From contig JBDRDL010000011.1 in the NCBI GenBank assembly GCA_043820925.1, forward strand, positions 1 to 16,027: a stretch of 16,027 nt of DNA. Reading direction: 5' to 3'. Positions within the stretch are counted from its first letter, which is position 1, and the number at the start of each line of letters is the position of its first letter. The notes under the pieces are model-generated. The model saw only the letters and a program-made list of their open reading frames with translations, was not told the DNA's origin and did not search any database. Shown here in pieces: positions 1 to 7,818 of this stretch. Origin of the DNA: Methanobacteriota archaeon (GTDB lineage Archaea > Hydrothermarchaeota > Hydrothermarchaeia > Hydrothermarchaeales > JACRDW01). The position numbers were made by a program, and so were the translations under genes.

Positions 1-141
1 CTTCTGAAGGAATTAGAAGCTTACGAAAAGAAAAGAGAGTTAGAAAAAAAAGAGATTTTGGGAAAACCAGCGGAGGAAGAAGGGAAAAAAGTGGAGGAGG
101 ATATGAAGGAAATCGTGGATTTTGCTAACAAGTTATATTAA
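1..141 (+). CDS. 3' end of an unidentified charged protein (partial, runs off the left edge)
   Basis: Frame +1 is open from base 1 (LLKELEAYEKKRELEKKEILGKPAEEEGKKVEEDMKEIVDFANKLY) to TAA at 139-141. Its stop overlaps the convergent Lrp-domain stop in TTAA. Confidence 0.7.
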   Translation, partial: LLKELEAYEKKRELEKKEILGKPAEEEGKKVEEDMKEIVDFANKLY

Positions 142-365
142 TACGCACCGACCAGCGTTTTCGTTGCGGCAACTCCTTTGAGCTTTCTAATGCTGTCAAT
201 TATAAAGTTCACCTGCCTCAGGTCGCCTGTCTCAATAATTATCATAAAGTCATATTCCCCGAAGAGCTCTATAACGCCCCTTACCCCCTGAAACATGCCC
301 AGCTTTCTTCTTATCTTGACTTCTTCTCCAAGCTTTGCGTTTATAAAGCACACCGCAACTACCAT
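138..365 (-). CDS. Stand-alone Lrp/AsnC ligand-binding (RAM) domain protein
   Basis: 75 aa with the pattern AVCFINAKLG...ELFGEYDFMIIIE...IDSIRKLKGVAATKTLV and no HTH. Starts 3 nt after the cdhE stop. Confidence 0.85.
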   Translation of the reverse strand: MVVAVCFINAKLGEEVKIRRKLGMFQGVRGVIELFGEYDFMIIIETGDLRQVNFIIDSIRKLKGVAATKTLVGAY

Positions 366-368
366 ATT

Positions 369-1763
369 TTATCTCCATTTTTCCTTTAAATATGCGCCGA
401 TTTTAAAAGAATCGACGGGTCCTACCATTACCTCCCATCCAGTAGCGTCTTCAATCTCCCCGCTGATTCTTGCAGCTCTTCCAGGAATTATCAGCTTCTT
501 GTGTTTAACTTTCTCAGTAGCTTTTGCTGCCTCTAAAGCACGCTTTACGCCCTCTGCAGTAAGCTTGCCGCCAGCCATAGAAGCTTCAACCGCCAGACCT
601 CCTGTATCAACAACTAGAACATAGCAGGAAATCTTGCTAGACTCCAAATCTCCGGCGACTGTGTAGTACGTTAAGGCAAAATTAGAGGTAAATAAGAGCG
701 GCGAATTTTCATCTGGCTTGCCGATTGTGTTCAAGCCTGCCTGAACGCTTACCGGGACTCTCGGGTCACTATAAATGTTCTGCCTCAGGGTAAGCAGCGG
801 CAGGAGTGCCCATGTATCAAGGGAGTGCAGAATAAGCATATCGCAGAATCTAAGCATTTGAACAGCTGCTAAGGTAGCTTCTGCCATCGCTCCTTTAACA
901 GGTTCTTTCTCTTCCATCCAAATTACGCAAGGTGCTCCCAAAATTGGAAATCCCAATACCCTTACCTCGTTTTCTATTGCGAGCCTTCTGAGCATCGCCA
1001 AGTTCTCAGTCATTTCGTAAAACTTCTCTCCCTTCGGATAGGAGCCGATGTCTAAGACTATATCCCTGGTGCCCTGTCCAAGCAGATTCTGAACAAGGTC
1101 GATTAACCCCTGCATATCTCCTGGTGAAGAAGCAACAACAGGACAGCTGTACTTCAAAGCAAGCTTTGCAACTTCGTTCCACTTTTCCTTGGTTGCGGCA
1201 TATATGAGAGGTCTTTTTTTTGCTGCGATTTCAAGTCCGACTTCCAACAGCTCTGGATTTAATGAGCAAATAACCAATGGTAAATCGCACTTCTCCACAA
1301 CGTTTAGCACAGCCTCGCCGAACTTTACAGCATCGTCGCTCTTTGAACGCACAGCTATTCCATCCAGAGTAAGCTTCTGACCAATTCTTGTTACGCTGAA
1401 TTTTTTTATTCTCTCCAGCCTTTCGTTCAGCTCTTTTTCGCTCATTTCGTCGTGCACATCTAAGAAGAAGGCGGTCGGGTTGAAGTAGGTTAGTTCGTGG
1501 CGATACATTACTTCTTCTCCGCCAATCGCAACTGCCTTATCTCCAGCGCCTATAATTACTTCTTTTATAGGCGGCGTTGTAAGCTCGATTAATTTTTCCC
1601 TCTGCTCGGCATACTTTTCCTCTTTCAGCGGCATGCAGTCTTCATAAGTTTTTTTCCTCTCTATCAGTGCAGAGGCAAATGCCATGCAGGTAGTCTCTCC
1701 GCACTCCCTGCAGTTAGTTCCTGGCAGGAGACGATAAATTTGCAGCGGTGAAATCTTTGCCAT
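369..1763 (-). CDS. cdhE: Acetyl-CoA decarbonylase/synthase gamma subunit (corrinoid Fe-S protein large subunit)
   Basis: N-terminal LPGTNCRECGETTCMAFA...C Fe-S motif, GGEEVMYRHE, LRQNIYSDP, TSNFALTYYTV and IIPG motifs. 464 aa, with SD-like GAGGT upstream. Confidence 0.97.
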   Translation of the reverse strand: MAKISPLQIYRLLPGTNCRECGETTCMAFASALIERKKTYEDCMPLKEEKYAEQREKLIELTTPPIKEVIIGAGDKAVAIGGEEVMYRHELTYFNPTAFFLDVHDEMSEKELNERLERIKKFSVTRIGQKLTLDGIAVRSKSDDAVKFGEAVLNVVEKCDLPLVICSLNPELLEVGLEIAAKKRPLIYAATKEKWNEVAKLALKYSCPVVASSPGDMQGLIDLVQNLLGQGTRDIVLDIGSYPKGEKFYEMTENLAMLRRLAIENEVRVLGFPILGAPCVIWMEEKEPVKGAMAEATLAAVQMLRFCDMLILHSLDTWALLPLLTLRQNIYSDPRVPVSVQAGLNTIGKPDENSPLLFTSNFALTYYTVAGDLESSKISCYVLVVDTGGLAVEASMAGGKLTAEGVKRALEAAKATEKVKHKKLIIPGRAARISGEIEDATGWEVMVGPVDSFKIGAYLKEKWR

Positions 1764-1772
1764 GCTATACCT

Positions 1773-1870
1773 CGCTCATGATTTCGATAGAAAGATGGCG
1801 CTTGCGTTAGCAAGTACGATAGTTATTGCGCCTACCTAACGGTAGTGCCATCTTCCTTGCGGAATGAATC
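1773..1870. repeat. Composite palindromic element: two head-to-head units, each with two GNNA-loop hairpins
   Basis: Plus unit: TTTC-GATA-GAAA GATGGCG CTTGC-GTTA-GCAAG (1782-1814). Minus unit: TTCC-GCAA-GGAA GATGGCA CTACC-GTTA-GGTAG (1864-1832). Related copies at 6000-6060 and 8644-8722. Confidence 0.75.
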
Positions 1871-2938
1871 TATTATCTCCTTCACTGCCTTAACAGCTTC
1901 TGGATGCAGCATCATCATTCCATCAGCGCCTGCATTTAGTACAGTAACAGCGGTAATGGTTTCCCAAAGAGGACCTCTGTACTCTCTCGGACCCCAGGCA
2001 GGCTCATCCATCCACGCTTCTCTCGCAGCCCAGGCGTTTGTAACTCCGCAGAAAATTGGATTCTGGAGAACGTCGTCGCCATTCAGAGCGTTCTGCTTGA
2101 GCCTCTCAATTATTGAATATGTGTAGTCTAAGCCATAGCCTAACGCCCCTGTTGTAGGGTCTTGCACAAGCCTCTCTTTCGGCAAGCCTTCATCACGAAG
2201 CAATCTGTTTAGAGCCTGCTGGTCTGTGATATTCATTGAAGTGAAAGAAAGTACGTTATGTCTGTACTTATTTGCAGCATCCACAATTCTTTTGTGGTCC
2301 AGGTCTAAATTTGCAGAAGCTAAGAGCAGCATTTCTCCCTCTGCAGCCTCTGCAACCTTTTCGAAAACGAGAGGGTCTTTCTGCGGGTTTCCAGAGCCCC
2401 CTATGATGAGGGGAACGTCTACTGCTTGCAAAACTTCTTCTATAGTTTTGGCTGCCTCTCTGGGCGGAGTATCTTTTATGAAGGGGTCTGTGGAGATGAG
2501 GTGAACGGTAACCATCTCTGCGCCAAGCTTCACTGCTTTTTTAGCCCATTCCCCTGGGTCGTCCCATACCTCGCTCCAAATATCCCTCAATACTCTTGGA
2601 AAAGACTGCATGGGCATGTCAAATACATCGAAAGCTACGGCAGGCTTATTTTTCCGACCGCCTTCGAAGTGATAAAGCGAAGCCTGACCGCCGAGCTTTA
2701 CAACCTTTCCTCTGCTGCCCCCCTCTGCCCTCGTAGCTCCCAATTGCACTTCTGCGATTTTTCCTTTATACTGCCTAATTGGAGGTTCGAATTTTGTTCT
2801 TTTTTTTTCTAACAGCTTTACTTCAGCCTGCCTTAAATTGAATGCAAGCTCTTCAGCAGTGATGCTTACTTTTTCTAACTCAACTTCTTCAGCATCTAAA
2901 AGCCGGGAGACAATCTCATCGAGATCAACTTTCACCAT
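1832..2938 (-). CDS. cdhD: Acetyl-CoA decarbonylase/synthase delta subunit (corrinoid Fe-S protein small subunit)
   Basis: EVQLGATRAEGGSR, VPLIIGGSGNPQKD, DPTTGALGYGLDY, NAWAAREAW and GPLWE motifs. 368 aa. Confidence 0.97.
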   Translation of the reverse strand: MVKVDLDEIVSRLLDAEEVELEKVSITAEELAFNLRQAEVKLLEKKRTKFEPPIRQYKGKIAEVQLGATRAEGGSRGKVVKLGGQASLYHFEGGRKNKPAVAFDVFDMPMQSFPRVLRDIWSEVWDDPGEWAKKAVKLGAEMVTVHLISTDPFIKDTPPREAAKTIEEVLQAVDVPLIIGGSGNPQKDPLVFEKVAEAAEGEMLLLASANLDLDHKRIVDAANKYRHNVLSFTSMNITDQQALNRLLRDEGLPKERLVQDPTTGALGYGLDYTYSIIERLKQNALNGDDVLQNPIFCGVTNAWAAREAWMDEPAWGPREYRGPLWETITAVTVLNAGADGMMMLHPEAVKAVKEIIDSFRKEDGTTVR

Positions 2939-4276
2939 CTACTTGCCCTTCTCCTTTCTGATGATAACCTTCTCGGCATATATCTTCGCATTTTTAAAGA
3001 CAATGGTCATGCCGCCGACCATGGGGATTTCAACTGGCATTTGTATCTCGGGAGCTTCCACAACTTCCTTTTCTTTCCATCTCTGCACGACTGGATGACT
3101 CCTCTCCTTTAGAAATGCCTTGAGTTTTTCCAAATCCTGGGCATCTTCTTCGGTACCAATTTTGTCCCTGATTTCTTTTGGAATATCTTCACCTATCCTT
3201 TCCTTGAGAGCCTTTGGCAGCCACACCATTCTATTCCAGCCGCCGTCTGCCTGGAGCATCTTCGGAGAGCGCAAGTATTCAATTGCCGTGCCCACGAAGC
3301 CGTCGCTCTGAACTCCTCCTCCTACCTGCCCTGCGAGCGTCGAGAATGGTATTCCAAAGGGCGTAGTACCTTTATGGTCTCTGTGAACGACGCCTATTCC
3401 ATCAACCTCTGGTATATAGAAGCCTATCGCCTCGAAGCAGCCGCAGGAAGTGTGCGGGTGCTCAAAAATGCTGTGCAGGAATACTCTATTAACAGTTCCA
3501 TTAGACTTCTCGTAAGTGGCTTTATTCGGTCCGGAATATTCCCCCCGTAATTCATCAAGCAGCTCACCCTTTTGAATTTCGAAGATTGGTCCTTTCGGGT
3601 CAATTTTAGAAGCAGCCCTGCCTTCGAACCAAGATATCGAGCCGCAGGAAGAGGTCCTGCTCGGAGTTATTGTGCACAGATGGTGTGGGGCAAAAGATTG
3701 ACACAGAGCACAGCCGTAGAAAACGTTCACATCTTCGTCCTTCAAACCTCTCAGCCTGTCGTCTCTCTTTTGAAATACTTTTCTCGCCTCCTCCTTGAAT
3801 TTTTTGACTCCCTCTGCGTCTGTGCAAATGCTCACCTGCATCTTTTCTATCATCGGCCAGTTAGCCTTGAAGAGCTCGATGAGTGCTGCCCCAACATGCC
3901 TCAAACTCAGGCCTTTCTTAGCAGCCTCCCTGCTGACCCTGCACCAGATTGTATCTCTGGAATTGAGATGCATAAAACCCTGAATGTAATTTGAGAATTC
4001 ATGTATGCGCCTCTCAAAAACACCCTCTAAGTCCTCTTCTAAGGTAGAACCAGCAACTTCAACGAATATGCCATAAGGATAAGCTTTGCCCTCTTGCATA
4101 TCTCTTGTATCTGGACCAACTAGGACAACTTTACGGTCCTCAACTTTATCCATATCAGCAACTCTAACCAGCTCTGCCCCGAAACTCTTCGGACCAGCTA
4201 AATCAGCATGCATGTTATCCTTTCTTATCCTCTCCCCCTCATAGATTAGACCCACATCTACTGGGATGCCTTCCAT
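2939..4276 (-). CDS. cdhC: Acetyl-CoA synthase, archaeal-type beta subunit
   Basis: YEGERIRK, ERRIHEFSNYIQGFMHLN and A-cluster cysteines FYGCALCQSFAP...SCG...HTSCGCFE; ADGGWNRMVW. 445 aa, lacking the bacterial N-terminal domain. Confidence 0.97.
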   Translation of the reverse strand: MEGIPVDVGLIYEGERIRKDNMHADLAGPKSFGAELVRVADMDKVEDRKVVLVGPDTRDMQEGKAYPYGIFVEVAGSTLEEDLEGVFERRIHEFSNYIQGFMHLNSRDTIWCRVSREAAKKGLSLRHVGAALIELFKANWPMIEKMQVSICTDAEGVKKFKEEARKVFQKRDDRLRGLKDEDVNVFYGCALCQSFAPHHLCTITPSRTSSCGSISWFEGRAASKIDPKGPIFEIQKGELLDELRGEYSGPNKATYEKSNGTVNRVFLHSIFEHPHTSCGCFEAIGFYIPEVDGIGVVHRDHKGTTPFGIPFSTLAGQVGGGVQSDGFVGTAIEYLRSPKMLQADGGWNRMVWLPKALKERIGEDIPKEIRDKIGTEEDAQDLEKLKAFLKERSHPVVQRWKEKEVVEAPEIQMPVEIPMVGGMTIVFKNAKIYAEKVIIRKEKGK

Positions 4277-4282
4277 TTTTGG

Positions 4283-4324
4283 TCACCTCATTACTACATG
4301 ATTTTTTATGATATATATCTTTTT
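4283..4324 (-). promoter_or_regulatory. Putative BRE/TATA promoter and Shine-Dalgarno for cdhC
   Basis: Minus strand reads AAAAAG-ATATATAT (TATA-like, 4318-4311), then GAGGTGA (4289-4283) 6 nt before the ATG. Confidence 0.6.
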
Positions 4325-4326
4325 GG

Positions 4327-4824
4327 CTAAATCTGGAAATCTCCATGCTTTTTTATGTGCTCCACCAAGCCGCCGTCTTTCAGCAGCTGGAGCATAAACT
4401 CTGGCAGGGGCTTTGCTTGCAGCCCAATATTCCTGGTTTTATTGAATACGACGCCGGAGGCTGGCTCAACCTCAACCTCATCGCCAGCATAAATTTTATC
4501 AGTATCGACTTCCAATGCCGGAAGACCTATGTTTATCGCATTTCTGTAAAAAATCCTGGCAAAGGATTTCGCAAGCACTGCACCAACTCCTGCGAGCTTT
4601 ATTATCTGTGCTGCGTGCTCCCTGCTTGAGCCGAGCCCGAAGTTTTTACCTGCGACGATTATGTCTCCTTTCCGCACTTTTTTTGCAAAATCTGCATCAG
4701 CATCCTCCAGGACATGCTTCGCAAGCTCAGGCAAGTTAGCCCGCAGGTGAAAATATCTTCCGGGTGCGATTAGGTCAGTGCTTGTGTTGTCGCCGAATTT
4801 CCAAGCCTTGCCCTGCAGCTTCAT
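4327..4824 (-). CDS. LeuD/HacB-family (isopropylmalate/homoaconitate/aconitate) dehydratase small subunit
   Basis: GKAWKFGDNTSTDLIAPGRY, GKNFGLGSSREHA and SFARIFYRNAINIGLP. ATGA overlap with the large subunit. Confidence 0.93.
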   Translation of the reverse strand: MKLQGKAWKFGDNTSTDLIAPGRYFHLRANLPELAKHVLEDADADFAKKVRKGDIIVAGKNFGLGSSREHAAQIIKLAGVGAVLAKSFARIFYRNAINIGLPALEVDTDKIYAGDEVEVEPASGVVFNKTRNIGLQAKPLPEFMLQLLKDGGLVEHIKKHGDFQI

Positions 4825-6092
4825 TTCAGCGCCTCTCTTGGGTCTGTGATTTCTCCTTTAATCGCAGATACAGCGGCAGTAGCTGGAGAGCTGAGATAAA
4901 TCTCTGCCTCGGGATTCCCCATGCGCCCTTTAAAGTTTCGATTCTGCGTTGATAAACAAACTTCGCCGTCCCCCAATATTCCGCCGTGAACTCCAGCGCA
5001 GGCAGCGCAGCCGGGCGGGGATATAATTGCTCCTGCATTGGCCAAGATTTCGATTACTCCTTTCTTCAGAGCTTGGAGGTATATCGCATGCGACGCCGGC
5101 GCAACTATGAGCCTTGTATTCGGATGCTTCTTTTTTCCTTTCAAAATTTTTGCAGCAATTTGCAAATCTTCCAGCCTGCCGTTGGTGCATGTGCCTATGA
5201 ACACCTGGTCGATTTTTGTGCCTTTCACTTCTTCCACAGCTTTTACGTTATCTACGCTGTGCGGCGCTGCAACGAGCGGCACGACGTCTGAGGCATCGAT
5301 TTCAAAATTTTTCTCATATATTGCATCCTCGTCCGGCTTAATAGCCCTGAACTTCCTGCCTCTACCCTGCTGTCTCAAAAATTTTTCAGTTTTTGCATCA
5401 GCAGCGATTAAGCCAGCTTTTGCCCCGGCCTCGACCGACATGTTTGTTAGGGTAAATCTTCCTGCCATGCCCATTTTTTCTATAGCCTCGCCTGCGAATT
5501 CTAGTGCCTTGTAGGTAGCGCCGTCGCTGCCTATTTCGCCGATAAAGCGCAGAATTAAATCTTTTGGATAAACTCCTTTTGCGAGCTTTCCCTCGAAGTT
5601 TACCTTGAAACTCTGCGGCACTTTGAACCAGGTTTTTCCCAGCGCAATGCCAACAGCTACGTCAGTTGAGCCCATTCCTGTTGCAAATGCTCCTAATGCG
5701 CCAGCAGTGCAGGTATGGGAATCAGCTCCAATCAGAATTTCTCCAGGATTTACGTAATCTTCAGCCAGAATTTGATGGCACACTCCTGAGCCTACGTCGC
5801 AGAGTTTCGAGCCAGTTTGCGAAGCAAACTGGCGCAGAATTAAATGCGCATTCGAAAGCTCTTTTCTCGGGCTGGGCGCTGCGTGGTCGAGAAATAAAAC
5901 AGTCCTCGAAGAATTGAAAACTTTACTCTTGCCGAGCTTCTGGAACTCCTGAATCGTTAATGGTCCTGTCCCGTCCTGAATCATTGCGACGTCTATCTTC
6001 GCAACAACTATGTCGCCTGCATGGCATGTACGCCATCTTCCTGACGGAAGAGAATGAGCGCTCAAAATTTTTTCAGAAATAGTCTTTCCCAT
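4821..6092 (-). CDS. LeuC/HacA-family dehydratase large subunit ([4Fe-4S])
   Basis: MGKTISEKIL start (ATG 6092 preferred over 6101), QDGTGP, DSHTCTAGA, GTCTNGR, GCAAC and STQNRNFKGRMG motifs. Confidence 0.93.
   Translation of the reverse strand: MGKTISEKILSAHSLPSGRWRTCHAGDIVVAKIDVAMIQDGTGPLTIQEFQKLGKSKVFNSSRTVLFLDHAAPSPRKELSNAHLILRQFASQTGSKLCDVGSGVCHQILAEDYVNPGEILIGADSHTCTAGALGAFATGMGSTDVAVGIALGKTWFKVPQSFKVNFEGKLAKGVYPKDLILRFIGEIGSDGATYKALEFAGEAIEKMGMAGRFTLTNMSVEAGAKAGLIAADAKTEKFLRQQGRGRKFRAIKPDEDAIYEKNFEIDASDVVPLVAAPHSVDNVKAVEEVKGTKIDQVFIGTCTNGRLEDLQIAAKILKGKKKHPNTRLIVAPASHAIYLQALKKGVIEILANAGAIISPPGCAACAGVHGGILGDGEVCLSTQNRNFKGRMGNPEAEIYLSSPATAAVSAIKGEITDPREALK
5811..5833. repeat. Perfect 10-bp hairpin with GAA triloop inside the LeuC-like CDS
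   Basis: GCCAGTTTGC-GAA-GCAAACTGGC. Confidence 0.7.
6000..6060 (-). repeat. Intragenic copy of the palindromic element (in frame in the LeuC-like N-terminus)
   Basis: Minus strand CGCTCAT..TCTTCC-GTCA-GGAAGATGGCG...ATAGTTGTTGCG aligns with 1773-1830 CGCTCAT..TTTC-GATA-GAAAGATGGCG...ATAGTTATTGCG. Confidence 0.6.
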
Positions 6093-6097
6093 ATGTC

Positions 6098-7282
6098 TCA
6101 CTGCGCTTTCTTTACTCCAATAACTCCGTTTGCTATTTCTCTGAGCTCCTCGTCTGTTATTGCGCTCTTCCTCTCCTGCGAGCTGCGCTTAACCACGTCC
6201 ACTATCTTAATGAGCTGCTCTTTGCTGGCGTTTATTCCAAGTTCTTTTAACTTATCCCAGACAGCATGTTTGCCAGAGTGTTTTCCTATGACAATTTTCC
6301 TGCTAGTTCCGATTTCATCCGGCAGGAAAGATTCATAGGTATGTGGATATTTCAAAACCCCATCCACATGTATCCCTGACTCGTGCGTAAACATGTGCGC
6401 TCCAACTATGGATCTGTTCGGAGGCACAGATATTCCGGAGGCTTTTTCAACATAGTGTGAAATCTCACAAATCTTGCTTATCTTAAAAGGAAGCTGCAGG
6501 TTGTAGAGCTTCAACAAACCCATGATTACTCCTTCCAGCGAGGAGTTGCCTGCCCGTTCTCCCAAGCCGTTAACAGTAGTGGAAGCCCACTCTGCCCCTG
6601 CCTCAAACGCCGCCAGAGCGTTTGCAACTGCCAAGCTGTAGTCATCGTGGGTATGTATCTCCACAGGTATCCTGGTTTCTTGGATTATCCTCCTCGTAAG
6701 ATACTTGCTTGAAGCTGGAATTAGAACGCCGAGAGTATCGCATATCCTGAGCCTATCTGCTCCTGCCTCCTTTCCTTTAAGTGCAAATTCTTTCAGAAAA
6801 GCGAAGTCTGTTCTTGTTGCATCCTCAGAATTCAGCGACACGTAAAGCCCGTGAGACTTTGCGTACTCCACCATGCTTGTTGCTTTTTCTAGCACTTGCT
6901 CCCTGGTCATATTCAACTTGTACCGCAGGTGAATATCAGATGTAGCTATAGAAATCGCTATCGCATCTGCTTCAGTTTTCAGCACAGCGTCAACGTCGCT
7001 CTGCACTGCCCTGGACCAGCCCATGATGCTCGCATTCAGTTTCTCCTTAACTATTGCGCCGACTGCCCTCGTCTCCTCCTCCGACATCGCAGGAGTACCT
7101 GCCTCTATCTGCTGTACCCCTATTTCGTCCAGTAAACGAGCTATCTGAATTTTTTCCTCCAGAGAGAAAACCACGCCAGGAGTCTGCTCTCCATCACGAA
7201 GCGTGGTATCATTTATCTTAGGCGCAGCAAACGAGAAGCCTTTCCTGACTTCGTCCTCAAAGTTGTACTGGCTGACGAACAT
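6098..7282 (-). CDS. Homocitrate-synthase-like (AksA/NifV/LeuA family) acetyl-CoA condensing enzyme without C-terminal regulatory domain
   Basis: DTTLRDGEQTPG, SDIHL, HTHDD, NGLGERAGN, HESGIH and GKHSG motifs. 394 aa. Confidence 0.9.
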   Translation of the reverse strand: MFVSQYNFEDEVRKGFSFAAPKINDTTLRDGEQTPGVVFSLEEKIQIARLLDEIGVQQIEAGTPAMSEEETRAVGAIVKEKLNASIMGWSRAVQSDVDAVLKTEADAIAISIATSDIHLRYKLNMTREQVLEKATSMVEYAKSHGLYVSLNSEDATRTDFAFLKEFALKGKEAGADRLRICDTLGVLIPASSKYLTRRIIQETRIPVEIHTHDDYSLAVANALAAFEAGAEWASTTVNGLGERAGNSSLEGVIMGLLKLYNLQLPFKISKICEISHYVEKASGISVPPNRSIVGAHMFTHESGIHVDGVLKYPHTYESFLPDEIGTSRKIVIGKHSGKHAVWDKLKELGINASKEQLIKIVDVVKRSSQERKSAITDEELREIANGVIGVKKAQ

Positions 7283-7302
7283 AATCGAGTATTATTTCTC
7301 AG

Positions 7303-7312
7303 TATATAAAAA
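7303..7312 (-). promoter_or_regulatory. Putative TATA box (leaderless transcript) for the homocitrate-synthase-like gene
   Basis: Minus strand TTTTTATATA lies 21-30 nt upstream of ATG 7282, with no SD. Confidence 0.55.
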
Positions 7313-7314
7313 TA

Positions 7315-7818
7315 TTAACGTTTAAAGAGGGAATTTCCATGAGCATCGATAGCAACGACGAGAGGGCCAAAATTCTTAACCTCTAAAACGAAAACTGCTT
7401 CCGGCATTCCGAGGTCAAGCCAGTGCACGGCTTTAACTTTCTTAACAGCTCTCGCAGCAAGAACTCCACAGCCTCCAGTGAAGCAGAGATAAACGCAATT
7501 TTTGGTTTCAATTCCACCTTTCCCGATTATTATTTTTGTCCCGAACTTTCTTATCGTTTTTGCGATGTATCTCTCAAATCTTGCGCTCGTCGTCGGACCG
7601 CATGAGATGACCCTCCACTCTTTGTTCCTTTCGACCAGCGGTCCGCAGTGATAGATTATTTCAAAACTTACGGGCACCTCACCCTTACCCAGCTCCAGCG
7701 CTCTCTGGTGCGCTCTATCCCTTGCGGTTGCGATTTCTCCAGATATATAAACAACATCGCCTGCTTTCAGTTTCTTTATCTGCTCATCGCTTATCGGCGT
7801 TTTCAGTTTAACTGCCAT
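7315..7818 (-). CDS. Class I Fe-S hydro-lyase (fumarate hydratase/tartrate dehydratase type) beta subunit
   Basis: [47 protein letters not shown] and DAHGNSLF. Start at MAVKLKTP (7818) preferred. Confidence 0.9.
   Translation of the reverse strand: MAVKLKTPISDEQIKKLKAGDVVYISGEIATARDRAHQRALELGKGEVPVSFEIIYHCGPLVERNKEWRVISCGPTTSARFERYIAKTIRKFGTKIIIGKGGIETKNCVYLCFTGGCGVLAARAVKKVKAVHWLDLGMPEAVFVLEVKNFGPLVVAIDAHGNSLFKR

Noticed and set aside
1791..1835. Fluoride-riboswitch-like look (GATGGCG...GCGCCTAC) on the plus strand
   Set aside because: It is antisense to the operon, lacks the AUGAC-type 3' core and a proper P1, no fluoride-related gene follows, and the sister copy at 8644-8700 does not keep the pattern.
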